Shown: one piece after another, positions 1 through 7,891 of the stretch
How positions within the stretch are numbered: the stretch's first letter is position 1
Layout of the letters: each line of letters begins with the position of its first letter
The notes under the pieces: model-generated
Told to the model about the DNA's origin: nothing
The model's input: the letters and a program-made list of their open reading frames with translations, nothing else
Database searches by the model: none
Made by a program: the position numbers and the translations under genes
DNA from: Acidimicrobiia bacterium
Lineage (GTDB): Bacteria; Actinomycetota; Acidimicrobiia; IMCC26256; PALSA-555
Direction of reading: 5' to 3'
Assembly (NCBI GenBank): GCA_046484625.1
Contig: JAWOIO010000109.1
Location: 1,842-65,841 of the forward strand
DNA: 64,000 nucleotides

Positions 1-1
1 G

Positions 2-607
2 CGGGTCGTCGTCGGGATCGACGAGGTGGGTCGCGGCTCGTGGGCCGGCCCGGTGACGGTCGCGGCTGTCGTGCCCGCCCCCGAGCACCTGAAGGGTGTG
101 CGCGACTCGAAGCAGCTCACGCGTGCGGAGCGCACGGTCGTCGCTGCGGACGTCCGCGACTGGGCCGTCGCGGTCGGGGTCGGCCACGCGTCCCACGACG
201 AGTGCGATGCGCTCGGGATGACTGCGGCGCAGCGCGTCGCCGCTCATCGGGCGCTGGCCCAGCTGGCCGACCAGGGGTACGAGCCCGATCGTGTGATCCT
301 CGACGGCAACCACGACTACCTCGCGATCGGTGACCGTGTCACCACCGTGGTGAAGGGGGACGCATCGGTCCTCGCCGTTGCCGCGGCCTCGTGCGTCGCG
401 AAGGTCGCGCGGGACACGCTCATGATCGAAGAGGCCGCGAGCTTCCCGCCCTACGACTTCGAGTCGAATGTCGGGTACCCGGCTCCGGTGCACAAGGCGG
501 CCCTCGCCGGGTACGGCCCCAGCTCGATCCATCGCCGTTCGTGGATCTTCATGGACTCGTTGTGCTGGCGTGGACTCCCACCGGCTGCGGGTCGGCTCTT
601 CAGCTGA
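2..607 (+). CDS. rnhB: Ribonuclease HII (5' end lies outside the window)
   Basis: Frame of ORF 26..607 stays open to the window edge. It reads ..VVVGIDEVGRGSWAGPV (RNase HII metal-binding motif), then DSKQL and later KGD/AAS..AK motifs. Confidence 0.85.
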   Translation, partial: RVVVGIDEVGRGSWAGPVTVAAVVPAPEHLKGVRDSKQLTRAERTVVAADVRDWAVAVGVGHASHDECDALGMTAAQRVAAHRALAQLADQGYEPDRVILDGNHDYLAIGDRVTTVVKGDASVLAVAAASCVAKVARDTLMIEEAASFPPYDFESNVGYPAPVHKAALAGYGPSSIHRRSWIFMDSLCWRGLPPAAGRLFS

Positions 608-664
608 TCGCGCCGTACCATGCGAGGCCCCGGTGCCCCGGGGCCCCGACCGAAGAGGAGCAAC

Positions 665-1231
665 ATGGCCGTCGACCTTCCCGAGGTGCACGCAGCTGCA
701 CTCGACCACACCCGCCGAGCCGTCGCCGGCATCGGCGACGAGCAGTGGCACCTCGACACGCCGTGTGCGGAATGGGATGTCCTGGCGCTGCTCCAGCACG
801 TGGTGAGTGGCAACCTCTGGGTCCCCGAGCTCACGGCCGGGCGCACGATCGAGGAGGTCGGCGACGCGCTCGACGGCGACGTCCTCGGCAACGACCCGCT
901 CGCCGCGTACGACGCGTCCGCCGCCGGCGCGGCCGCCGCCTTCCGGGCCGATGGCGCGATGGACGCACCGGTCGCGGTGTCGTACGGGCCGGTCCCCGGG
1001 TCGGTCTACTGCGGGCATCGCTTCATCGACGTCCTCATCCACGGGTGGGACCTCGCCTACGCGACCCGCCAGGACACGAACCTCCCCGAGGAGCTGGTCG
1101 AGGCCTGCTGGGAGGTCGTCGAGCCCCAGCGCGAGCTGCTGCAGGGCAGCGGCATGTTCGGCGAGGTCCCGATCCCCGAGGGCGGCGATCGCCAGGCGAC
1201 CCTGCTCGCGGTCCTCGGCCGCAGCGAATGA
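665..1231 (+). CDS. DinB / mycothiol-dependent maleylpyruvate-isomerase-like family protein
   Basis: ORF 620..1231, with the likely start at the internal ATG at 665 (MAVDLPEV). The helical DinB-like N-terminal pattern and size were recognised by eye only. Confidence 0.55.
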   Translation: MAVDLPEVHAAALDHTRRAVAGIGDEQWHLDTPCAEWDVLALLQHVVSGNLWVPELTAGRTIEEVGDALDGDVLGNDPLAAYDASAAGAAAAFRADGAMDAPVAVSYGPVPGSVYCGHRFIDVLIHGWDLAYATRQDTNLPEELVEACWEVVEPQRELLQGSGMFGEVPIPEGGDRQATLLAVLGRSE

Positions 1232-1250
1232 CGCAATAGGCTCGCTCGCC

Positions 1251-1616
1251 ATGGGTCAGGAGATCACCGTCACCTCGCGTCCGGGAGCGTCCCCGGCGAT
1301 CCGGATGTTCGCGTGCAACCGCTCTCTCACCGGGATGGCGATCGAGTCCTACGCCTCGATCGCCGACGCCGGCGGCAGCCGGGCGCCCGACGTGCTCGCG
1401 AAGCGGCTCTTCGACCTCGGTGCGACGCGGGTCACCGTGTACTCGAGCGACGTGACGGTCGAGGCACCCGAGTCGGCGTGGGCCGCGCTCGAGCCGAAGG
1501 TGGAGGAGACCATCCACCGCCTCTTCGGCTTCTACGGCGACGACGCCGGCTGGTCCGACGACAACCTGCGGGCGATGGGCGTGGAGCCCCTCCCGCGCCC
1601 GGAGCCGTCGGCCTAG
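1251..1616 (+). CDS. Hypothetical protein, NifU-N-terminal-like small alpha/beta protein
   Basis: ATG at 1251 inside long ORF 807..1616. High GC3. Similarity to Nfu/NifU N-terminal domain proteins is weak and judged by eye. Confidence 0.45.
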   Translation: MGQEITVTSRPGASPAIRMFACNRSLTGMAIESYASIADAGGSRAPDVLAKRLFDLGATRVTVYSSDVTVEAPESAWAALEPKVEETIHRLFGFYGDDAGWSDDNLRAMGVEPLPRPEPSA

Positions 1617-1640
1617 CGAGGACCCGCGATCCCGTCTTGC

Positions 1641-1662
1641 GTACCGAACATATGTTCGGTAC
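1641..1662 (+). promoter_or_regulatory. LexA-type SOS box (CGAAC-N4-GTTCG) upstream of imuA'
   Basis: Perfect 22-bp palindrome gtaccgaacat|atgttcggtac; core CGAACATATGTTCG at 1645..1658. It sits just upstream of the RBS ggagagg and the GTG at 1672, and matches the actinobacterial/Gram-positive LexA operator consensus. Confidence 0.75.
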
Positions 1663-1671
1663 AACGGAGAG

Positions 1672-2373
1672 GTGACCGCAGCACTTCCCCAGTCCGGTCA
1701 GCCCCAGCCCGGTCAGGCGCGGCGTGACCCCGAGGCCCGGGCCCGGTTGCGGGCGGTGGCCGAGCAGGCCCGCCCACTGACCCTCGCCCGGAGCCGCACG
1801 TTCCCCGTCCCCGGTCCGCTGGGCGAGCTCCTCCCCGGAGGGGGGCTGCGGCGGGGCGCCGTGGTCGGGGTCGGCGGCACACCGGGCGCCGGGGCCACCT
1901 CGGTGGCGTTCGCGCTCGCCGCCGCGGCGACGACCGCAGGGGAGTGGGCGGCGGCGATCGACCTCACCGGCACGTTGGGGGCCGAGGCCGCGGCGGCCGC
2001 GGGGGTCGCGCTCGAACGGTTCCCGGTGGTGCGCCTGGCCCACGGTCCCGCGTCGCGCTGGGCCACGGTGGTGGCCGCACTCCTCGACGGCGTGGGTCTC
2101 GTGCTCGCCGAGGTCCCGCCGCACGCGCGCGCGGGCGACGCCCGCCGGCTCGTGGCGCGGGCGCGGGAACGGGGGAGCGTCCTCGTCGTGCTCGGGGACC
2201 GGTGGCCGGGGAGCACCGCGGTGACGCTCGTCGCCGAGGGTGGACCCTGGTCGGAGGCCGAGGGAGAGGAGGACCGGGTCGCGGTGCTCCCCGTCCGCAC
2301 GGTGCAGGTGCAGGTCGCGGGGCGGGGGGACGCGGCCCGGGTGCGCCACGGTGCGCTCGCGGCCGGTGCCTGA
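1672..2373 (+). CDS. imuA': ImuA' (RecA-fold mutasome accessory protein)
   Basis: 233-aa ORF. Shows the LPGGGLRRGAVV..G, ..VVAALLDGV.. and ARERGSVLVVLG pattern typical of ImuA'. Supported by the upstream SOS box and an 8-nt overlap with imuB. Confidence 0.8.
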   Translation: MTAALPQSGQPQPGQARRDPEARARLRAVAEQARPLTLARSRTFPVPGPLGELLPGGGLRRGAVVGVGGTPGAGATSVAFALAAAATTAGEWAAAIDLTGTLGAEAAAAAGVALERFPVVRLAHGPASRWATVVAALLDGVGLVLAEVPPHARAGDARRLVARARERGSVLVVLGDRWPGSTAVTLVAEGGPWSEAEGEEDRVAVLPVRTVQVQVAGRGDAARVRHGALAAGA

Positions 2374-4018
2374 GCGCACACTCGCGCTGTGGTGCCCGGC
2401 GTGGTCGGTCACCACCGCCCGTCGGGAGGACCCCGCGCTGGTGGGGGCGCCGGTCGCGGTGGTCGAGCGCGGCGCACGGGGGCAGCTCGTGCGCGCGGTG
2501 TCGGCCGAGGCGCGCGACGAGAGCGTGACCGTCGGGCTGCGCCGGCGCGAGGCCGAGGCGCGCTGTGCCGGCTTGGTGGTCGTCGACCGCGACCCGGCCG
2601 CGGAGGCGCGGGCGTTCGAGGTCGTCGCGCGCGCGACCGAGCCGATCACTCCCGCGGTGGTCCTCGAACGACCGGGCGTGCTCACGTTCCCCACCCGAGG
2701 CCCGTCGCGCTACTTCGGTGGCGACGACGCGCTGGCGACGCGCGTGCTCGCCATTGTCACGGAGGCGGGGGTGGACGACGCGCGCGTCGGCATCGCCGAC
2801 GGCGGCTTCGCGTCCCGGCTCGCGACCCGGCGTGCGGCGCGCGACCAGAGTGCGGGGACGCTCGTCGTTCCCGCCGGCGGCTCGGCCGAGTTCCTCGCGC
2901 CGTGGCCGGTCGCGGTGCTGCGCGGTGTGCTCGGGACCGAGACCGAGGGGGACGCGTTCGTGAGCCTGCTCGTGCGGCTCGGGCTGCGCACGCTCGGCGA
3001 CTTCGCCGCGCTCCCCGCACCGTCGGTCCTCGCGCGCTTCGGGGCCGGCGGTGCACGCGCGCATCGCCTCGCGTGCGGGCTCGAGGAGCACGCCGCGCCC
3101 CCGATGCCACCCCCGCCCGAGCTGGCCGAGACCTGCGAGCTCGACCCGCCCGCGACGCGCGTCGACGAGGTCGCCTTCGCGGCCAAGGGGCTCGCCGACC
3201 GGCTCTTCGACCGGCTCGAGCTGCTGGGCCTCTCCTGCTCGCAGGTGGTGGTGGAGGCCGAGACCGAGCACGGCGAGCGCCACGCCCGCTGCTGGCGGCA
3301 CGAGGGCGGGCTCACCGCGGCATCGCTCGTCACCCGGGTCCGCTGGCAGCTCGACGCGTGGCTCACCGGCAGGTCCCCGGAGGGGCCCCAGGGAGAAGCG
3401 GAGGTAGAGGAGGCGACCGCGGGGCTCACCTTCCTGCGGATCGCCCCCGACCGGGTGGTGCCGGCGACCGGTCGACAGCTCGGACTGTGGGGTGGCGACG
3501 CGGCGAGCGCCGACCGGGCCGAGCGGGTGCTCGCCCGGATCCAGGGGATGCTCGGTCACGAGGCGGTGGCGACCGCGGTGGTGGTCGGTGGCCGGGCGCC
3601 GGTCGAGCGCATCCGATGGGTCCCGTGGGGCGAGCCTCGTGACGCGCCGGGCGCGTCGGGCGCCGACGCCGCGCCCTGGCCCGGTGCCGTCCCCGGGCCG
3701 CCCCCGGCGCGGGTGCACCCCGAGCCGGTGCCCGCCGAGCTGCTCGACGCCGACGGTGCCGACGTGCGGGTCTCGGGCCGAGGGGAGGCGACCGCGGAGC
3801 CCGCGTGGCTGCGCTGCGCGCTCCTGCCCGGAGGTGGCGGTCGGGTGCTCATGAGCACCGGGCCCTGGGCCCACGACCTGCGCTGGTGGGACCGGCTCAC
3901 CTGCCGGCGCCGGGTGCTCTGGCACGTGGTGGTGGCAACGCCCGACGAGTCCGGCCCGGTCGCATGCCTGGCCTCGTTGGAGGGCGGTCGGGCCGCCGTC
4001 GAGGCCGTCTACGACTGA
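2366..4018 (+). CDS. imuB: ImuB (Y-family polymerase-like mutasome subunit)
   Basis: GTG at 2366 in the frame of ORF 2240..4018. N-terminus reads TLALWCPAWSV...AVV....V.AVSAEAR..GV..GLRRREAEARC, typical of ImuB. Follows imuA'. Confidence 0.85.
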   Translation: MPERTLALWCPAWSVTTARREDPALVGAPVAVVERGARGQLVRAVSAEARDESVTVGLRRREAEARCAGLVVVDRDPAAEARAFEVVARATEPITPAVVLERPGVLTFPTRGPSRYFGGDDALATRVLAIVTEAGVDDARVGIADGGFASRLATRRAARDQSAGTLVVPAGGSAEFLAPWPVAVLRGVLGTETEGDAFVSLLVRLGLRTLGDFAALPAPSVLARFGAGGARAHRLACGLEEHAAPPMPPPPELAETCELDPPATRVDEVAFAAKGLADRLFDRLELLGLSCSQVVVEAETEHGERHARCWRHEGGLTAASLVTRVRWQLDAWLTGRSPEGPQGEAEVEEATAGLTFLRIAPDRVVPATGRQLGLWGGDAASADRAERVLARIQGMLGHEAVATAVVVGGRAPVERIRWVPWGEPRDAPGASGADAAPWPGAVPGPPPARVHPEPVPAELLDADGADVRVSGRGEATAEPAWLRCALLPGGGGRVLMSTGPWAHDLRWWDRLTCRRRVLWHVVVATPDESGPVACLASLEGGRAAVEAVYD

Positions 4019-4075
4019 ACGCGCCGTGACGCGCGGCACGACGCACCGGGCTCCGAACGCGTCGATACTGGTGAG

Positions 4076-4771
4076 ATGTCGAAGCCTGCACCGGTCGTAG
4101 TCGATGCCGACGCTCCGCTGCGCGTCTCCTCGCGGTCGGGGTCGGTCACGATCACGGCCGAGGACCGGCCCGACGTGCTCGTCGAGCGCGGTCCCGATGC
4201 CGTCGCATCACGCGACGGGGGGATCGAGATCAAGGGGAAGTCCGGTTCGGTGTCCGTGCGCTGCCCGAGCGGGTGCGACGTCGTCGTCGGGACCGGGTCC
4301 GGGTCGGTCACGCTCCATGGCGTCCTCGGCGACACCCGCGTGACCACCGGCAGTGGGAGTGTCACCGTCGAGCGCGCCGAGCGCATCGACGCCCGGACCG
4401 GCTCGGGCAGCGTGTCGATCGACGAGTGCGACGGCGACTGCCGCGCCCAGACCGGGAACGGCACGGTCCGGGTGGGCCGGGCCGCGTCGGTCGAGCTGTC
4501 GACAGGTTCGGGATCGATCGATGCCGACGAGGTCGGCGCGGCGCGCGTCCGCGTGGGGAGCGGCTCGGTCTCCGTCGGTCTGCGCGACGGTGGCGAGGCC
4601 GCGGTGGACACCGGGTCTGGCAATGTCACCGTGGTGGTGGCCGCAGGATGTTGCCCGACCACCGAGCTGCACACGAAGCGCGGCACCGTGCAGTGCGACT
4701 GCGCCCCGGGGACCGACGGTGCCATCCGCGTGCGCACGGGGAGCGGCAACATCACGGTCGAGGAGCGGTGA
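4076..4771 (+). CDS. DUF4097-like beta-helix repeat protein (putative adhesin fold), apparently cytoplasmic
   Basis: 231-aa ORF with about 10 iterations of (T/S)GSGSV(T/S)(V/I) spaced about 17-20 aa apart. No signal peptide or TM segment. Cys-rich C-terminal region (CCPTT..QCDC). Confidence 0.7.
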   Translation: MSKPAPVVVDADAPLRVSSRSGSVTITAEDRPDVLVERGPDAVASRDGGIEIKGKSGSVSVRCPSGCDVVVGTGSGSVTLHGVLGDTRVTTGSGSVTVERAERIDARTGSGSVSIDECDGDCRAQTGNGTVRVGRAASVELSTGSGSIDADEVGAARVRVGSGSVSVGLRDGGEAAVDTGSGNVTVVVAAGCCPTTELHTKRGTVQCDCAPGTDGAIRVRTGSGNITVEER

Positions 4772-5295
4772 GCGGCGCTGTCGCTCCGGGCGCCATCGTC
4801 TTCACCGACATCGTCGGCTTCACCGAGTTCACTGCGCAGCAGGGCGACACGGAGGCCCTGGCGATGCTCGACCGCCAGGATCGGCTCGTCCGTTCGGCGC
4901 TCCCCGATCGCGCCCGCATCGTCAAGGAGCTCGGCGACGGCCTCCTGCTCTGGTTCCCGGAGGCGGGCCCGGCGCTCGCGGTGTGTCTGGGCCTCCTCGA
5001 CTGCTTCGTCGACGTTCCCGCCGACACCCCGCCGCTCTGGGTGCGGATGGGGATGCACTGGGGCTGTCCGACGCCGCGCGGTGACGACCTCGTCGGGCAC
5101 GCGGTGAACCTCACCGCTCGCATCGTCGACGTCGCCGGGCCGGGCGAGCTCCTGGTCTCGGAGGAGGCCCGCGTCGCGGCCGACTCCGGCGGCGACGCAG
5201 TCGCGTTCGACGAGCTGGGGCCGGTCGTGATGCGCGGGATCCCCGATCCCGTGCCGCTCTACCGCGCGTCGCGGATGGTGCCGTCCAACACCTGA
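4768..5295 (+). CDS. Stand-alone class III adenylate cyclase catalytic domain
   Basis: GTG at 4768 overlaps the upstream stop (GTGA). Motifs present: FTDIVGFTEF, KELGDGLLLWF, MGMHWG, D-LVGHAVNLTARI. These cover the metal-binding Asp residues, the Lys/Asp specificity pair and the Asn/Arg pair. Confidence 0.75.
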   Translation: MSGAVAPGAIVFTDIVGFTEFTAQQGDTEALAMLDRQDRLVRSALPDRARIVKELGDGLLLWFPEAGPALAVCLGLLDCFVDVPADTPPLWVRMGMHWGCPTPRGDDLVGHAVNLTARIVDVAGPGELLVSEEARVAADSGGDAVAFDELGPVVMRGIPDPVPLYRASRMVPSNT

Positions 5296-5302
5296 CGCCC
5301 GG

Positions 5303-6367
5303 CTATCCGACCAAGCGGTAGAAGCGCCAGAAGTCGTGCTCGATCGGGAGCACCTCGACCTCGGCGTACCCGGCTTCGTGCGCGTAGCGCCGGAACGTGG
5401 GGGCGCGCATGATCGTGCCGGTGCCGGCGGCCGGGGGATCGGTCATTGCGCACGGCAGGCAATGGACGGCGCTGAAGCCCCATTGGAACCGCTCCATGTC
5501 GTCGACATCGAGGGTGAACTCGTCGGCGACCCGCTCGTCGGCGACCACGACCGCACCGCCGTCGGCACGCAGCGTGCGCATCGCGCGGAGCGCACCCACG
5601 GGGTCGCACATGTCGTGGATGGTCTCGAACGCGCACACGAGGTCGAAGGAGTCGGCAAGTCCCGGATCGGCCGCATCCCGTGCCTCGAAGGTCACGCGAT
5701 CCGCGACACCACGCGCCGCGGCGTTCTCCCGGGCAGTCTCGATCGATGCGTCGTCGAGGTCGAGGCCGACGACCCGGGCGTTGGGGTAGGCCTCGGCGAT
5801 CGCGATCGTCGACCATCCCGATCCGCATCCGACGTCGGCGACACGTGCGGGCGGATCGGCGCGGAGCCGGTCGTCGACATCGGTGATCGAGGGGAACCAG
5901 TCGGTCCCCAGCTGGTTCAGGAACATCGGCCGGTTCAGGAGCGCGATCGCCTCGCGGATGTCGGCACCGTAGGACTCGTACGGGACCCCGCCACCGGTGC
6001 GAAACGCGTCCAAGACCTCCGGCATCGCCTTCGCGATCCCCATGAGGGCGCGGCCTGCAGGCGCGAAGTAGGCGAGGCTCGTGTCGTCGAGCAGGACCTC
6101 GGCGTGCCCGTCGGGGAGGACGAACCGGCCGTCGTCGCCGAGCTCCAGAAAGCCGGCGACGGCCTGCTGTTGCAGCCACTCCCGCGCGTAGCGCTCGTGG
6201 ATCCCGGCCGCGCTCGCCAGGCCTGCCGGATCGAGCGGGCCGTCGTCGGCGAGCGCCCGATACAGGCCGAGCCGGTCACCGAGGTAGACGTTGGCGAACC
6301 TCCGTGCTCGTGCTGCCCGGACGGGATCATACGAGGCCGAGGCCCGAGCACGCACGAGCCGAGGCAT
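5303..6367 (-). CDS. Class I SAM-dependent methyltransferase with N-terminal winged-helix-like domain
   Basis: Distal 355 codons of ORF 5303..7504, starting MPRLVRA. SAM motif VADVGCGSGWSTIAIAE and GLDLD. Confidence 0.8.
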   Translation of the reverse strand: MPRLVRARASASYDPVRAARARRFANVYLGDRLGLYRALADDGPLDPAGLASAAGIHERYAREWLQQQAVAGFLELGDDGRFVLPDGHAEVLLDDTSLAYFAPAGRALMGIAKAMPEVLDAFRTGGGVPYESYGADIREAIALLNRPMFLNQLGTDWFPSITDVDDRLRADPPARVADVGCGSGWSTIAIAEAYPNARVVGLDLDDASIETARENAAARGVADRVTFEARDAADPGLADSFDLVCAFETIHDMCDPVGALRAMRTLRADGGAVVVADERVADEFTLDVDDMERFQWGFSAVHCLPCAMTDPPAAGTGTIMRAPTFRRYAHEAGYAEVEVLPIEHDFWRFYRLVG

Positions 6368-6403
6368 ACTGTCGGCCGCAGCGTCGTTGAGAAAGGTCCT
6401 GGT

Positions 6404-7873
6404 GTGCGTGCAGTTCGAACCATCGGCGCAATGCTCGTCGTCGGCGTCCTCGGGGTGAGCGGTCCGGTGGCCGGGGCCACCGCCGAGCCGGCCGTCGCGC
6501 CGATCACGGGTGGCACCGGCGAGCCGAGCCTGGTCACCACGAGCTTCGACCTGGCCGCGCTGGGCTACGAGAAGGCCGAGTACTTCCTCGAAGGGGACGC
6601 CGCCGCGTACGCGTCCGACACCCCGCTCACCGCAGACGGCCAATGGGAGGTCCAGCCCCTCGACGAGACCGCTCCGTACAACACCCGGATCCTCGTCTAC
6701 CGGCCGATCGACGCCGCCGACTTCAGCGGCACCGTCTTCGTCGAGTGGCTCAACGTCTCGGCCGGCTTCGACACCAGCCCCGACTGGAACCTCGCGCACA
6801 ACCAGATCCTCCGCAGCGGCGCGGTGTGGGTGGGGGTCTCGGCGCAGGCGGTCGGCGTGGTCGGTGGCGGCCAGGCCGTCGCAGGTCTGCAGTCGGGCGG
6901 ACTCAAGGGCGGCGACCCGGCGCGGTACGGAACCCTGGAGCACCCCGGCGACAGCTACTCCTACGACATCTTCTCCCAGGCCGGGACCGCCGTGCGGGGG
7001 ACCGCACCCGACGACCCCCTCGGCGGCCTGAAGGCGAAGCACGTCATCGCGATCGGTGAGTCGCAGTCGGCGTTCCGCATGGTCACCTACGTGAACGCGG
7101 TCCACCCGGTGGCGGAGGTCTACGACGGCTTCCTCGTGCACAGCCGTGGCTCCAACAGTGCCGCGCTGCTCGAGCGGCCGTTCCCGGGCATCTCCGCGCC
7201 CGACCGGACCCGGATCCGCCCCGACCTCGACGTGCCCGTGCTGACCTTCCAGACCGAGACCGACCTCGGCTTCGGGCACTTCCCGCCCCGCCAGGCCGAC
7301 AGCTCGACGTTCCGGCTCTGGGAGGTCGCGGGGACCTCCCACGCCGACGCGTACACGGCCCAGATCGGCTTCGGCGACGCCGGGGACGGCGCGGCCGAGG
7401 TCACCCTCCTCGACGTCGCCAACGCCGGTGGCGGTCCGTTGAACTGTGCGGTGCCCATGAACTACGGACCGCAGTACGCGGTGCTCCAGGCCGCGCTGGC
7501 GCACCTCGAGGCGTGGGTCGTCGACGGTGTGGCTCCGCCGAGGGCACCACGACTGCGCCTCGAGCCCGGCCTCCCTGCGGTCATCGAGCGCGATCGCAAT
7601 GGCAACGCACGGGGTGGGATCCGCACGCCGCTCGTCGACGCCCCGAACGCGACGTTGCGCGGTGACGGGAACGACGGCGGGAGGTTCTGCCAGCTCTTCG
7701 GCACGACGGTGCCGCTCGCGCCGACGACGATCGCGGCGCTCTACTCGTCACACGATGACTACGTGGCGAAGTTCACCGAAGCGACCGCGGCCGCCGTGAA
7801 GGCGGGCTTCCTGCTGGAGCCGGAGGCCGACAACCTGAACGCCGCGGCCGAGGCGTCGACCGTCGGGGGCTGA
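6404..7873 (+). CDS. Secreted alpha/beta-hydrolase-fold protein (function unknown)
   Basis: GTG at 6404 follows the RBS gaaagg, inside ORF 5336..7873. Signal peptide-like N-terminus (..LVVGVLGVSGPVAGATA|EP). GESQSA nucleophile-elbow-like motif. Confidence 0.6.
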   Translation: MRAVRTIGAMLVVGVLGVSGPVAGATAEPAVAPITGGTGEPSLVTTSFDLAALGYEKAEYFLEGDAAAYASDTPLTADGQWEVQPLDETAPYNTRILVYRPIDAADFSGTVFVEWLNVSAGFDTSPDWNLAHNQILRSGAVWVGVSAQAVGVVGGGQAVAGLQSGGLKGGDPARYGTLEHPGDSYSYDIFSQAGTAVRGTAPDDPLGGLKAKHVIAIGESQSAFRMVTYVNAVHPVAEVYDGFLVHSRGSNSAALLERPFPGISAPDRTRIRPDLDVPVLTFQTETDLGFGHFPPRQADSSTFRLWEVAGTSHADAYTAQIGFGDAGDGAAEVTLLDVANAGGGPLNCAVPMNYGPQYAVLQAALAHLEAWVVDGVAPPRAPRLRLEPGLPAVIERDRNGNARGGIRTPLVDAPNATLRGDGNDGGRFCQLFGTTVPLAPTTIAALYSSHDDYVAKFTEATAAAVKAGFLLEPEADNLNAAAEASTVGG

Positions 7874-7891
7874 GGCCCGCCCGAACCCGGG

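Noticed and set aside
1964-4039. 691-aa ORF on the minus strand, antisense to imuA'/imuB
   Set aside because: Arg/Pro/Gly-rich translation typical of the antisense frame of high-GC genes. The sense strand has clear ImuB motifs. No recognisable domains.
6411-6420. gttcgaac as a third LexA site
   Set aside because: The half-sites are in the wrong arrangement (GTTCGAAC instead of CGAAC-N4-GTTCG), and the sequence lies inside the signal-peptide coding region of the hydrolase.
5303-7504. 733-aa ORF taken at face value as one large gene (likewise 49511..51928, 35155..36879, 23569..25230 and 61632..63425)
   Set aside because: Only the distal portion shows protein-family motifs and a sensible start. 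The upstream parts overlap well-supported genes on the other strand.
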